A stretch of 60,943 bases of DNA from a virus (lineage: Duplodnaviria; Caudoviricetes), in the IMG/VR virus record IMGVR_UViG_3300037483_000373, positions 1 to 60,943 of that record; one strand, 5' to 3'. Below the pieces are notes generated by a model. The model had not been told where the DNA came from and searched no databases. It was given only the letters and a program-made list of their open reading frames with translations. Below are positions 1 to 9,368 of this stretch, one piece after another (position 1 is the stretch's first letter; each line of letters begins with the position of its first letter). A program made the position numbers and the translations under genes.

Positions 1-127
1 AGGTGGTCCGGAGGGTGGCGTATCCTGACCCTCCGCAGATCATTTCCGCCGTGTGGCGTAGTGCCGTTGATGTGGAATTCGATCCCGATGGATTCCAGTT
101 GCTCGATGATCTCGTCAGGCAGCCCCC
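1..127. repeat. Terminal overlap, copy 1 (circular contig)
   Basis: Identical to 60817-60943; the ibrA-like ORF reads through the junction in frame. Confidence 0.97.
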
Positions 128-1148
128 GCCCCACCCGGCCCCAGAATGCAATGGATTGGATGAAGCGTTGCTTAAAATTTTCTGCCACCTCTTTCGGCAG
201 AGTATCGAGCAAGAATTTGACGAATGACTTCCACGTATGCCCCTTAGGCAGGGTGAAGCTACGATAGCTTAGCTGCTTGCCGTAAGTCGCGATGAAGTTC
301 GCTCCCTGCACTCTGGCGCAGAGCCGTGCCCAGACTTGTGGATCGATCACCCGGTACATGCCAAGGCTGGATTTAGACTCGCTCATAAATGGCGAAGCTA
401 CGCGCATATTGTGGACCGGTATCCCGGCCTTATAAAAGATGTCGTAGAGTTTGTTGTAGTCCCAACCGAATAGCTCGTTGGCGGTCCAGACGTCCTCTGT
501 CTGCCAATCGTAGATTGGATAGCAGTTGAATACGTGAGGAGCGTTCCGCTTGGTCCACATCATGCCGTCGCGTTGCTCGGTGCGAGTGTTCATGATCGCC
601 CGGAACCGGTTCAGCGACTCGGACGCCCTGATGCCAATCAGGTTGGCGGTGGTCCTGCCCTGCGCATACCACTCGCCGAACCCGTCCCAGAACCGGCCGT
701 AGTCCATGTTCTCTTCAAAAAAGTCGAACGGCGAATTGTCTATGTTTACCACGTATTCGTCGTCTGGCATAGGCCGAATCCACCGGTCCTCGTCCTCTCG
801 CCCCCAGCATTGCCAGTCGACAGCGTAGGAGCTAACCGTGCAAGGTAGAGTGATGGGCAGGCAACACCAATACACATCGAGGATGTCCAGGTCTGCCCGC
901 AGTATCTTGTGCATGAACTCCAGCGAGTCGGTGTAGTTCGCCTCGTTGTCCAAGATCATTATCCCGACCTTGCGGTCTGGGCAGTACTCTCTCACGTGGG
1001 CTATGACCAGGTTGAGCAGAACTCCACTATCCTTGCCACCAGAGAACGACACGTAGACTCGCTCGAACTGATCGAAGATCCACGCGATGCGCTCTCGCGC
1101 CGCTTCGTACACGTTCTTGTCTGGGTTGTAGACTCTGCGTGCTCTCAT
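1..1148 (-). CDS. ibrA: IbrA-like PAPS-reductase/DUF3440 protein, 5' part (wraps the origin, ends at 60657, ~435 aa)
   Basis: Absent from the ORF track; hand translation from ATG 1148 gives MRARRVYNPDKNVYEAARERIAWIFDQFERVYVSFSGGKDSG (PP-loop SFSGGKDS). Confidence 0.9.
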   Translation of the reverse strand, partial: MRARRVYNPDKNVYEAARERIAWIFDQFERVYVSFSGGKDSGVLLNLVIAHVREYCPDRKVGIMILDNEANYTDSLEFMHKILRADLDILDVYWCCLPITLPCTVSSYAVDWQCWGREDEDRWIRPMPDDEYVVNIDNSPFDFFEENMDYGRFWDGFGEWYAQGRTTANLIGIRASESLNRFRAIMNTRTEQRDGMMWTKRNAPHVFNCYPIYDWQTEDVWTANELFGWDYNKLYDIFYKAGIPVHNMRVASPFMSESKSSLGMYRVIDPQVWARLCARVQGANFIATYGKQLSYRSFTLPKGHTWKSFVKFLLDTLPKEVAENFKQRFIQSIAFWGRVGRGLPDEIIEQLESIGIEFHINGTTPHGGNDLRRVRIRHPPDH

Positions 1149-1238
1149 GCCCTGTCGTCCTTCGACGCATGTTCGTCGATTCTGCGGCACACTGACTCGT
1201 CCATTACGCGTCTCCCTTTAGTTCGCGATCAATGGCGC

Positions 1239-1293
1239 CACTTGACGCCGTGAGGGGTGAAGTGTACGCTACATCCAGCGCGGGCGTCAAGTG
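1239..1293. promoter_or_regulatory. Bidirectional promoter with overlapping -10 boxes
   Basis: + TTGACG(1242)-17-TACGCT; - TTGACG(1290)-18-TACACT; 11-bp inverted repeat CACTTGACGCC/GGCGTCAAGTG; lies between divergent operons. Confidence 0.75.
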
Positions 1294-1326
1294 CGGACCG
1301 CGCAACAAATCCACAAGGAGCTACCA

Positions 1327-1485
1327 ATGAACCTGAAAACCGACACAGCACACGATCACGCGCTACGCGTGGCAGCGGCCAAGGAGGGCGTATCCTGTCA
1401 GGAGTACGTCAGCCGCCTGCTCGCGGAGAAGTTCGCCAGCAAGCCCAGGCCCGCCACCCTCAAGTGCCTGGATGGTGAAAAGTGA
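1327..1485 (+). CDS. Small ribbon-helix-helix-type regulator
   Basis: SD AAGGAG; MNLKTD..HALRVAAAKEGVSCQEYVSRLL. Confidence 0.65.
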   Translation: MNLKTDTAHDHALRVAAAKEGVSCQEYVSRLLAEKFASKPRPATLKCLDGEK

Positions 1486-2384
1486 CCCTCGCCATCATCC
1501 CGGCGTCCGAGCCGATCCCGGTCGACCAAACGGCCATCATGATCTATGGCGAGCCCGGAGCATGGAAGACGAGCACGGCATTCACCTCTGAATCGCCGCT
1601 CACCCTCGATTTCGCCGGGCAGGGTGGCGTGTACCGCTCTGCCTTCCGCAAGGATTCCGTCATGGTCAACACCTGGGCCGATGTGGCTGCACTATCGCCG
1701 GCCGACCTGAAGCCGTTCAAGACGATCGTGATCGACACGGTAGGTGGATGTCTCGACTTGATGTCGCTAGACATCGTGAAAAACAGCGACGCCAAACTGG
1801 TCACCTCGTTCGGCGGTCTGACCCTCCAGGGCTACGGCGCCTTGAAGAGTCGATTCTCCGACTGGGTGCGCCAGCTCAAGAACTACGGGCTCGACATCGT
1901 CTTCGTGGCACACTCCAAAGAGAAGGAGTCGAACGATCGCACGGTGTACCGGCCCGACATTACCGGTTCGTCCTACGACCTCGTCTTCGGCGTGGTGGAC
2001 AGCGTCGGACACCTCTACATGAGCGGCACGGATCACGTGCTGAGCTGGGATCCTACGGGGCAGTCTGTCGGTAAGAACCCAGCGCAGCTCCCGACGCAGG
2101 TGGTTCCGCACTTCGGAGAGGAGCCGAACTTCCTGGCGAACAAGATCTCGGCGGTCAAGATCGCGCTCGGCCGCATGTCTACCGAAGGGCGGGAGATCGC
2201 CAAGGTGGTCGGCGAGTGGGTCGGCGAGGTCAAGGCTGCCGAGACTGCCGAGGCCGTCAACGCCCTGGTCGTGAAGGCCAAGGCGCTCGGAGGTGGCGCG
2301 TCGACACAGATCAAAGCCATGGTGGCGAAGCGGGCTACCGATCTCAAACTCAAGTGGGACAAGAAAGAGGCGTGCTATGCCTGA
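1482..2384 (+). CDS. AAA_24/Sak4-like phage recombination ATPase
   Basis: Walker A YGEPGAWKT, Walker B IVIDT, FVAH; context with nuclease and SSB-like gene. Confidence 0.85.
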   Translation: MTLAIIPASEPIPVDQTAIMIYGEPGAWKTSTAFTSESPLTLDFAGQGGVYRSAFRKDSVMVNTWADVAALSPADLKPFKTIVIDTVGGCLDLMSLDIVKNSDAKLVTSFGGLTLQGYGALKSRFSDWVRQLKNYGLDIVFVAHSKEKESNDRTVYRPDITGSSYDLVFGVVDSVGHLYMSGTDHVLSWDPTGQSVGKNPAQLPTQVVPHFGEEPNFLANKISAVKIALGRMSTEGREIAKVVGEWVGEVKAAETAEAVNALVVKAKALGGGASTQIKAMVAKRATDLKLKWDKKEACYA

Positions 2385-2553
2385 AGTCAAGCTCCATTTC
2401 TTGCACTGGCCCGGGCGTGTGGGGCGCGAGGACGTTCTACACAACGCCCCTGACGATGCCCGGTTCCAAGCTGGGCAGGCCAGCAAGTCGATACGAGCCA
2501 TCGTAGGAGCCCTAGCGGGGGCTGGAGTCCCGGCGACCAATGCTCAGCCTTAG
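2377..2553 (+). CDS. Small hypothetical protein
   Basis: Fills the gap and overlaps both neighbours; SD-like AAAGAGG. Confidence 0.45.
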   Translation: MPEVKLHFLHWPGRVGREDVLHNAPDDARFQAGQASKSIRAIVGALAGAGVPATNAQP

Positions 2554-3184
2554 TCCATCCCTCGTCGACCAGTACCACTACTGGCGATACAACGACCACT
2601 ACTCACCCGAGCACGAAGCCTCCGCGCTCGAAGACCTCTACGCGCAGATCAAGAAAGAGAAGCGCGAACCAAACGAGCACATGCTCAGGGGCCGAGGATG
2701 GGGTGTAGCAATCGAAGGCGCCGGGCAAGAGCGGGACGGCGTCATTACAGATCCAGACAGCTGTACCTCATTCGAGGCCGAAGGCGTGATCGAGGTGCAG
2801 CGGGCGATCGGTCCTGGTGTTGTCTTCGAGGCCTGGGGCACCCTGGAGCTGCCTGAGATCGGCGTGCGGATGCGACTCCGCGCGGATGGCCTGGCGGTGC
2901 CTACCGTCCACGAGGTGAAGGCGCCGACGAAGGTGTCCACGGAGAAATACGCGGACTCGTGCCAGTGGCGAGCGTACCTCGAAGCCTTCGGATGCGATGA
3001 GGTGGAGTACCACATCTGCCGGCTCGGCACGCGCCGAGGCAAAGGCGTCTACTACCTGGCCGAGTACCGGCCATTCTCGCTCTACCGATACCCAGACATG
3101 CGCGGCGACCTGATTTCGCAGGTGGCCGAGTGCAAAGCGTTCATCGAGGCCCAGGGCCTTACTCAATACCGACAGGAGATCTGA
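2540..3184 (+). CDS. PD-(D/E)XK (RecB/Cas4-like) exonuclease
   Basis: LSPS, RADG..HEVK, QWRAY motifs. Confidence 0.75.
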   Translation: MLSLSPSLVDQYHYWRYNDHYSPEHEASALEDLYAQIKKEKREPNEHMLRGRGWGVAIEGAGQERDGVITDPDSCTSFEAEGVIEVQRAIGPGVVFEAWGTLELPEIGVRMRLRADGLAVPTVHEVKAPTKVSTEKYADSCQWRAYLEAFGCDEVEYHICRLGTRRGKGVYYLAEYRPFSLYRYPDMRGDLISQVAECKAFIEAQGLTQYRQEI

Positions 3185-3187
3185 ATC

Positions 3188-3676
3188 ATGGCACGTACAA
3201 TCCCGAAAAGCGACATCTCAGGGGGTGGGGACTTCGACTTGATCCCGCAGGGCTGGCAAAGACTGCAAGTGACGCAGTGCGACGAGAAGCGATCAGGGAA
3301 GGGGCATCTCATGTACAACCTCACGCTTGAGTCGCTCAGCAACAGCACTCTCAAAATGTGGGACATCATCATGCTCGAAGGTGCGGGCAACGGCATCGGC
3401 ACCTCCAAACTGCTGGCCTGTGGCGGTGCGACCGACCTCGGCGAAGAGCTTTCGGTCCTCGAAGCCCACGAGATGGTCGGTGTTCGCATGTGGGGCTACG
3501 TGGCCCACGAGAAGTACGAGGGCAAGGACCGCGCCAAGATCGATATTCGGTTCGGCGAGGCAGGGTATCAGCCGATCACCTGGACGCCTTCCGGCACCGG
3601 GGTCGGTGGCGCGGTGGTGCAGATTGGCGGTGCACAGGGTGTCGTCGGACCGGACGATGACGACATCCCTTTCTAG
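3188..3676 (+). CDS. DUF669-like single-stranded DNA-binding protein
   Basis: FDLIPQG start motif, acidic DDDDIPF C-terminus. Confidence 0.75.
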   Translation: MARTIPKSDISGGGDFDLIPQGWQRLQVTQCDEKRSGKGHLMYNLTLESLSNSTLKMWDIIMLEGAGNGIGTSKLLACGGATDLGEELSVLEAHEMVGVRMWGYVAHEKYEGKDRAKIDIRFGEAGYQPITWTPSGTGVGGAVVQIGGAQGVVGPDDDDIPF

Positions 3677-3698
3677 GACACCTCAAGAAGGACGCGAA

Positions 3699-4094
3699 AT
3701 GGAGAAGAACAAGAACCAAACCACGATCGGGGGAATTTCCGGTCCGGAGCCTATCGAAGTGCTCCGCACACCGCAGCGTGAGTTCCACGTCGGTCAGCTC
3801 GTCAGCTACGAACGGAGCGGCAAGTTGACCGAGATGAAGTTCAACGCGAAGATCATCGGACTCATCGTGCGCCTGGTAGCGACGAAGCTCGGCGTGTCAG
3901 TCTACCTCGACACGTCGCCGTTTCGAACCGGAGATGAGATCAGGTACACGGCCGGAGAACTCTTCGCCGTCTACCCTCCAAAGGTGCCGAACGCAAAGGT
4001 GTCGGGCCTGATCCTCAGGCTTCCGGACGGGGCGGATCTAACAATCATGCCGCGGCATGCGCACTACGAAGGACTGAGGGTGTCCGGTGCCTAG
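3699..4094 (+). CDS. Hypothetical protein
   Basis: SD GAAGGA before ATG 3699. Confidence 0.55.
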   Translation: MEKNKNQTTIGGISGPEPIEVLRTPQREFHVGQLVSYERSGKLTEMKFNAKIIGLIVRLVATKLGVSVYLDTSPFRTGDEIRYTAGELFAVYPPKVPNAKVSGLILRLPDGADLTIMPRHAHYEGLRVSGA

Positions 4095-4527
4095 TCCGCG
4101 GACCTGGAAGACGAGCTGCGACACTCTTGGAGCCCTCCCGCGCGCCGTGTCCGAAGAGATCAGAGATATGCTGCGGATGTACGCGGACTCGGCCGTGGAG
4201 ATCACCGTGAGGAAGCCCAAGCGGTCGTCACTGGCCAACCGCTACTACTGGGGCGTGGTGCTTGCGACGATCCGCAGGGCGGCCCTAGAGAGCGGGCAGA
4301 CGGTGTCCTCAGACGCCCTGCACGGCTACTTCAAATCCAGATACCTGGACCCTGACGTCACTGTGGTGGCAAGCTTCCCGATCGTCACGTACTCGTCGAA
4401 AGACCTGGACTCTACGTCTTTCTTCGACTACGTAGAGAACATCCGGCACGATCCGGTAGTGATGGCGCTCGGGTGTCACGTCCCGGACCCGTCCGAGCCG
4501 TTCGATTCATTCGCGATTGGAGATTGA
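4087..4527 (+). CDS. NinB/YbcN-like recombination protein
   Basis: KRSSLANRYYWG, LHGYFKSRYL, SSKDL..F.DYVENI. Confidence 0.7.
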   Translation: MPSPRTWKTSCDTLGALPRAVSEEIRDMLRMYADSAVEITVRKPKRSSLANRYYWGVVLATIRRAALESGQTVSSDALHGYFKSRYLDPDVTVVASFPIVTYSSKDLDSTSFFDYVENIRHDPVVMALGCHVPDPSEPFDSFAIGD

Positions 4528-4554
4528 ACTGTCCGGAATCTCCGGACAGTTCAA
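4524..4554. repeat. Perfect 14-bp inverted repeat
   Basis: TTGAACTGTCCGGA-ATC-TCCGGACAGTTCAA. Confidence 0.85.
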
Positions 4555-4607
4555 AGTCGGAGAGGTGGTGTGCATGTAGACCCAAGAGTAGATGCCAGGC
4601 AGCAACG

Positions 4608-4641
4608 GCCCGTCGCGGATTCCCACTGCGGCGGGCTTTCT
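4608..4641 (+). terminator. Probable intrinsic terminator
   Basis: GCCCGTCGCGG/CTGCGGCGGGC stem followed by TTTCT. Confidence 0.55.
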
Positions 4642-4773
4642 GATAAGTAGGAGTCAGAGTGCACAAAGGATTGTTTAGGATGCATGCTTTTTGGCATGCC
4701 GTAGGCAATAAATGTCAAGCGGGGCGCGAAGCGAGACAGTACTACCTGCTTCCCTTGAGGTAGAATACCCGGC

Positions 4774-4950
4774 ATGTTGAAGTCACTCAAAATCCCCGAG
4801 CGGTCGCACGTAGAGCTGCAAGAGTTCTGCCAGGTGACCAAAATGCCACTCGGCAGAGCTGCCGAGATCGCCATCTCTCGTTTCGTCTCTAGCGAAGAGG
4901 CTCAGCGTATCGTCTCCGTTCATCGTGGCGTAATGGCCGGTGCCCAGTGA
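4774..4950 (+). CDS. 58-aa RHH-like protein, probably leaderless
   Basis: MLKSLKIPERSHVELQEFCQVTKMPLGRAAEIAISRFV; ATG 7 nt after TAGAAT; below the ORF-track cutoff. Confidence 0.55.
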   Translation: MLKSLKIPERSHVELQEFCQVTKMPLGRAAEIAISRFVSSEEAQRIVSVHRGVMAGAQ

Positions 4951-5306
4951 GCGGGCAACACCTGTTCCGCAACGATGCTAGGAAACGCAAGCAAAAGCAT
5001 AGATCTCGACTCACTGCCAGTGCTGCGGGCATGGACGAATACGCCCCGGGCAAGGTCGCCAAGGATCTGGCGGACATCGAGTCCGAGGCCGAGGCCGGCG
5101 GGTGCGTCTCATGCGGATTGTGCAACAGCCGCAGCACCGCGGTTTTCGGCAGCGGCGATCCCGATCCCCGGCTGATGTTCGTGGGTGAGGGGCTAGGGGC
5201 TGAAGAGGATCGTCAGGGCCTACCCTTCGTGGGCGCCGCGGGCGAACTCCTGACCAAGATCCGCACGACCTACCATCCGGCAGCCCTGCTGCGGTATCCG
5301 AAGTAA
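4947..5306 (+). pseudogene. Family-4 uracil-DNA glycosylase with internal deletion
   Basis: CxxCxL, MFVGEG.G.EED.QG.PFVG.AG.LL joined directly to TYHPAALLR. Confidence 0.8.
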
Positions 5307-5315
5307 GGCGGGTGG

Positions 5316-6569
5316 ATGATGGCTAAGGCAAGCCGCAAGGACTTTGACGGAGTTCCAACAGATAAGCTCATCGAAGCCGTGGCCATGGCCGAAGGGTCGG
5401 GCTATACCTTCGAGGGATATGTTAGGCTCCCGCGGATCTTTCTATCCGATCCGAAGGTGAGTTTCGCGCCGGTCGAGGCGATCGGAGTTCACGCGCTCTT
5501 GATGGACATGGCATGGACTGAGACGCCGGCCTGTTCGGTATCGGAGGAGATCATGGAGCTGGTCCTAGACCGTGCCTCAGATCGCGCGATGGCGGAGAGG
5601 TGGGTCCTAAAATCGTGGCAGCTCATAGGTGGGCGGTGGTGGCAACGCGGGTTGCTCAAATCATTCCTCTCGGCAGCCGTGTCGAACGCGTTCAAGGCGT
5701 GGGGTAGGGGTGACCGCGACAAGCTGCGCGAGTTCTTCCACCTCGTCGGGGTGTCGGCACCTGGTGGTGACTCATCGGCAAATCGCTATGAGTCATCAAA
5801 TTCTGATGATGACTCATCGGCAAATCGCTATGAGTCATCAAATTCTGATGATGACTCATCAGAGACATTAGATGAGTCATGTATCAAAGATGATGACACA
5901 CGACAGAATATGAATGGGAATATGAATATGAATGAAGAAGGATGCATCCAAGACACCAAGGCATGCGCGGAGCCGGCCGAGCCGGCTCCCACGCCGGAGG
6001 CACCTCCGGTGCTCTCGTTCCCGATCATCAAGGGCAAGAAATCATCGAAGTCTGAGTGGCACCTGACGGAGGAGCTACTCGACGAGCTGATGGAGTGCTA
6101 CGAGGGAACTCCGTTTGGCGATCGGGATAGGATCCTCGAAGCCATCCGGCAGTCAAAAGCATGGATCCTGGCAAACATGGCCAAGCGAAAGACGGCATCG
6201 GGGATGCCAAGGTTCATCACCGGATGGCTTCAGCGGGAGCAGAACTCAGGCAAGAACGGATCCTCGGGCAACGGCAAAGCGATCGGCAAGCCGTGCTCAG
6301 ACTGTGGCAGAGTCTCAGAGAGCCCAGAAGGCTGGCAGCCGTTCGGCATGTGCCTAGCATGCTCAACCAAGATGGAGTATCGCCCACACGGTTGCCCGCA
6401 CATAGACGGGAGAAGCCGATGGGATTCAATCCAGGAGAAGCACATCGTCAACGACGAGTGGGTGGCGCTCTACGGCGAGCCACCTGAGGGAGACACGATG
6501 GAAGTCAAGAGGCAGTTCCTACGCGGCGAGCTGCCGCCTAACCCGAAACCTGAGCAGGTTACACATTGA
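5316..6569 (+). CDS. Putative replication initiator (lambda O-like organisation)
   Basis: Precedes primase-helicase; central iteron region; C-terminal RFITGWLQREQ motif. Confidence 0.6.
   Translation: MMAKASRKDFDGVPTDKLIEAVAMAEGSGYTFEGYVRLPRIFLSDPKVSFAPVEAIGVHALLMDMAWTETPACSVSEEIMELVLDRASDRAMAERWVLKSWQLIGGRWWQRGLLKSFLSAAVSNAFKAWGRGDRDKLREFFHLVGVSAPGGDSSANRYESSNSDDDSSANRYESSNSDDDSSETLDESCIKDDDTRQNMNGNMNMNEEGCIQDTKACAEPAEPAPTPEAPPVLSFPIIKGKKSSKSEWHLTEELLDELMECYEGTPFGDRDRILEAIRQSKAWILANMAKRKTASGMPRFITGWLQREQNSGKNGSSGNGKAIGKPCSDCGRVSESPEGWQPFGMCLACSTKMEYRPHGCPHIDGRSRWDSIQEKHIVNDEWVALYGEPPEGDTMEVKRQFLRGELPPNPKPEQVTH
5768..5937. repeat. Iteron cluster, putative replication origin
   Basis: 42-bp unit x2.2 with GACTCAT/ATGAGTC inverted half-sites, then AT-rich GAATAT repeats. 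Confidence 0.7.
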
Positions 6570-8062
6570 GCCATCTCAAGTGGGCCCTGGCCTACGCGGA
6601 GTCAGCTCGACTCTCGGTATTCCCGGTCAAGGTAGGCGGCAAGTCTCCGCTCACCAAGAACGGATTCAAGGACGCCACTACCGACAGCGGGCAGATCACC
6701 GAGTGGTGGTCAAAGATGCCCATGGCGAACATCGGCATACCGATCCCGGCGGGGATTATGGTGCTCGACGTGGACTCGCTCGAAGCGTTGCACATGCTGA
6801 AAGCCATGGACTTGGTCTTGCCGTCCACGGTGAACGCCAAGACGCCGAGAGGGTGGCACATGTGGTATCTGGCGGACGGCATCAAGCCATCTACAGGGCT
6901 GCTCCCAGGGCTGGACGTGCGAGCGCCCGGTAGCTACGTGGTGGTGCCGCCGTCGAAGGCGCACAACGGGCTGAGGTACGACTGGCTGGTCCCGCCTCGC
7001 GAGAACGACTTCACCGACGCGCCCGAGTGGCTGATCGAGATGGCGAAGGATACCAAGCTCTCGTCAGACGGGCCGACGAACGGCAGGGTCAAGCCCGAGA
7101 GCGTGCTCGAAGGTGTCGCCGAAGGGTCGAGGGATAACACCCTGTTCCGCTACGCGTGCAGGCTCCGGGCCCTGGACTACCCGCGGGCCGAGGCGGAGAT
7201 TCTCGTAGGCCATGCCGCCTCGTCGTGCTCGCCTCCGATGTCGGACTTTGTCGCTCGCCAGAAGGTGGAGTCAGCTTGGAAGTACGAGCCCACGGTCGCC
7301 AAGGACGGCCCGGCATCGAAGGAAGAAATCAAAATCTGGTCGATGCAAGAGTTCATGGCGGCGAAGTTCCCGGATCCCTTCTGGATCATCGGCGAGATCT
7401 TGCCCGAGGGCCTCACCCTGCTCTACTCCCGAAGCAAGGCCGGCAAGAGCTTCCTAGTCGGAAAGCTGTGCCAGAACATTGCAAACGGAGAATGGGCCCT
7501 CTCGAAGTATCCAACGGCAGGGTGTGAGATTCTCTACCTGGACTTGGAACAGTCCGAAGGCTTGGCGCAGAAGCGGTGGGAGGCAGTCATAGGCGGGACT
7601 CCGATGCCTTTCAAGCTGAGCCCCGTGTTCAAGTGGCCGAGGATGGATGAGGGCGGGCTCGAAAAGATCGATGCCTACCTCGAAGAGCATTCAACATGCC
7701 GCATGGTAGTGATTGACGTGCTCTCGATGTTCTGGCCGGACGACGCGAAGGCGAACGGCAACGCGTACCACTGGGAGTACAAGCAGCTCTCAAACATCCG
7801 CAACATCGCCCACAAGCACGGCGCCAACATCACGCTCATTCATCACACCAAGAAAGGCGCAAGCCTGGATCCGCTCGACATGGCATCAGGCACACGGGCG
7901 ATGACGGGCGTGCCTGACACGATCTGGGTGCTTGAACGCGAGAGTGGGAGCCAGGAGGGCAAGCTCATGGTGACGGGCAAGAACGTCATCGAGCAGACCG
8001 TGAGGATGTCCTTCCAGCCCGAGCACGGCGGGTGGACCTACGGCGGGTTGCCGCCGTGGTGA
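6566..8062 (+). CDS. Prim-Pol + PriCT + AAA_25 helicase
   Basis: VFP, ANIG, VLDVD, TPRGWH, DVR..G.YVVVPPS; EGSRDNTLF; KAGKS, YLDLE, VVID, IHH. Confidence 0.92.
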   Translation: MSHLKWALAYAESARLSVFPVKVGGKSPLTKNGFKDATTDSGQITEWWSKMPMANIGIPIPAGIMVLDVDSLEALHMLKAMDLVLPSTVNAKTPRGWHMWYLADGIKPSTGLLPGLDVRAPGSYVVVPPSKAHNGLRYDWLVPPRENDFTDAPEWLIEMAKDTKLSSDGPTNGRVKPESVLEGVAEGSRDNTLFRYACRLRALDYPRAEAEILVGHAASSCSPPMSDFVARQKVESAWKYEPTVAKDGPASKEEIKIWSMQEFMAAKFPDPFWIIGEILPEGLTLLYSRSKAGKSFLVGKLCQNIANGEWALSKYPTAGCEILYLDLEQSEGLAQKRWEAVIGGTPMPFKLSPVFKWPRMDEGGLEKIDAYLEEHSTCRMVVIDVLSMFWPDDAKANGNAYHWEYKQLSNIRNIAHKHGANITLIHHTKKGASLDPLDMASGTRAMTGVPDTIWVLERESGSQEGKLMVTGKNVIEQTVRMSFQPEHGGWTYGGLPPW

Positions 8063-8466
8063 CCGAGCCGCAGCAGTCGCCGCTACCGTTCGTCAAGTGC
8101 CTTGACCTGTTCTGCTGCGCCGGCGGGGCCGCTACGGGCTTAAGTCGAGCCGGGTTCGATGTGACTGGGGTGGATATGGTTGACCAGCCAAGATATCCGT
8201 TTAGATTCGTCACCGGAGACGCGATGACTCAGCGCCTCGACGACTACGACTTTGATGTCCCTATGACATGCGACCACAAAAGCCCGGTTATGGGTGTCTA
8301 CGGGGCGAAAGTCCGCGACACAGCAAAAGAGAAGCGGCACTACCGGAAACCTGGAGATACCCGCGGCAAGCCGAAAGGTGTGGTGCTGCCGCAACGGTGG
8401 GGACTACCGCCCGCGTATTCAGAGTTTATTGGGCACCAAGCAATGGAACACCTTCTCAATGCTTGA
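8059..8466 (+). pseudogene. C5 cytosine DNA methyltransferase remnant
   Basis: Motif I LDLFCCAGG and C-terminal PPAYSEFIG present; catalytic PPC motif missing. Confidence 0.75.
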
Positions 8467-8629
8467 GCCCGAACCCGCCGGCTACGTAGCCTGGCACGAA
8501 TGGGCTAAGTCTCGGGTTAAGGCCGGATGGCGACAGACCCGATGCACGAAGTGCAGGCTCTGGAAGGTTTGGACGAAGAGGCCCGCGGCACCTGAGAAGA
8601 TCTGCGATGCATGCCGCTTGACAGCCTGA
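8459..8629 (+). CDS. Small Cys-rich hypothetical protein
   Basis: PAGYVAWHEWA..QTRCTKCRLW. Confidence 0.55.
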   Translation: MLEPEPAGYVAWHEWAKSRVKAGWRQTRCTKCRLWKVWTKRPAAPEKICDACRLTA

Positions 8630-8646
8630 CAAGGATGGAGTAGGCT
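8618..8646 (+). promoter_or_regulatory. Motif promoter P1
   Basis: TTGACAGCCTGACAA; TTGACA-17-TAGGCT. Confidence 0.8.
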
Positions 8647-8683
8647 CTTCCTGCCAGAGCAACTACCGAAGGGAGACCACGCC

Positions 8684-8878
8684 ATGGACACCACCGAGAA
8701 GAAAGTGATAATCACGATGTCGCCAGAGCTCAGCGGCGGGACGCACTACGTGCTGAGCACTCCGCGCGGCGTGACCTTGTCGAGCGGGTGGACGAAGGGT
8801 GGCACTCGCCAAGCGAAGCAAAGCGGCCTCGATGCCGCCCGCAGCATGGGATTCGCCGACTGCCAGGTGAAGCCATGA
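8684..8878 (+). CDS. Hypothetical protein
   Basis: First gene after P1, SD GGGAG. Confidence 0.6.
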   Translation: MDTTEKKVIITMSPELSGGTHYVLSTPRGVTLSSGWTKGGTRQAKQSGLDAARSMGFADCQVKP

Positions 8879-8964
8879 TCCGGCGCGGCACCACAACCCA
8901 CCGGAAGATCTACATCCCAACCCGCCCGCCAGGGCCGAACAGCTACGTCACGAGGTGAGCGAAG

Positions 8965-9186
8965 ATGCAATTCACAGCATGGATCAGCGGACCGGCCAAG
9001 AACCCGAGCGCATGCGCGCGGAAAAACGTGAAAGTCAGCGTCGAGAGAACTACCGCCGGCACCGTCCGTTTCGAGATCGAATTTAAAGACGGAAAGACTC
9101 AATGGCTGACGATGAGGGCCGACGCTGCTGCAACGGTCGCAGACCACGTTCACCTGGCGTCGTTCAAGATTGAAGTGGACGAATGA
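8965..9186 (+). CDS. Hypothetical protein
   Basis: SD GAGGTG; coupled to next ORF. Confidence 0.6.
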   Translation: MQFTAWISGPAKNPSACARKNVKVSVERTTAGTVRFEIEFKDGKTQWLTMRADAAATVADHVHLASFKIEVDE

Positions 9187-9368
9187 TGCCCGGCTACACC
9201 CCGCCAACCGAAGAGCCACAGACCGACGAGCCGTGTCCGGACTGCGGGGGCGACTGTAGGTCGGCAGAAGAGTGCGACCACAATCGATTCTTGATGGTAA
9301 GGCGGCACATGGTCGAGATCGTCGACCGCCGCCGAGAGACCCACAACGCAGGGGAAGGAGTGCTGTGA
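9183..9368 (+). CDS. Small Cys-rich hypothetical protein
   Basis: CPDCGG; ATGA coupling. Confidence 0.5.
   Translation: MMPGYTPPTEEPQTDEPCPDCGGDCRSAEECDHNRFLMVRRHMVEIVDRRRETHNAGEGVL

Noticed and set aside
1-127. Biological direct terminal repeat
   Set aside because: 127 bp equals a common assembler k-mer and falls mid-gene; best read as circular overlap
5768-5860. CRISPR array
   Set aside because: Tandem units without unique spacers, inside a CDS; no cas operon (2540-3184 is a recombination nuclease)
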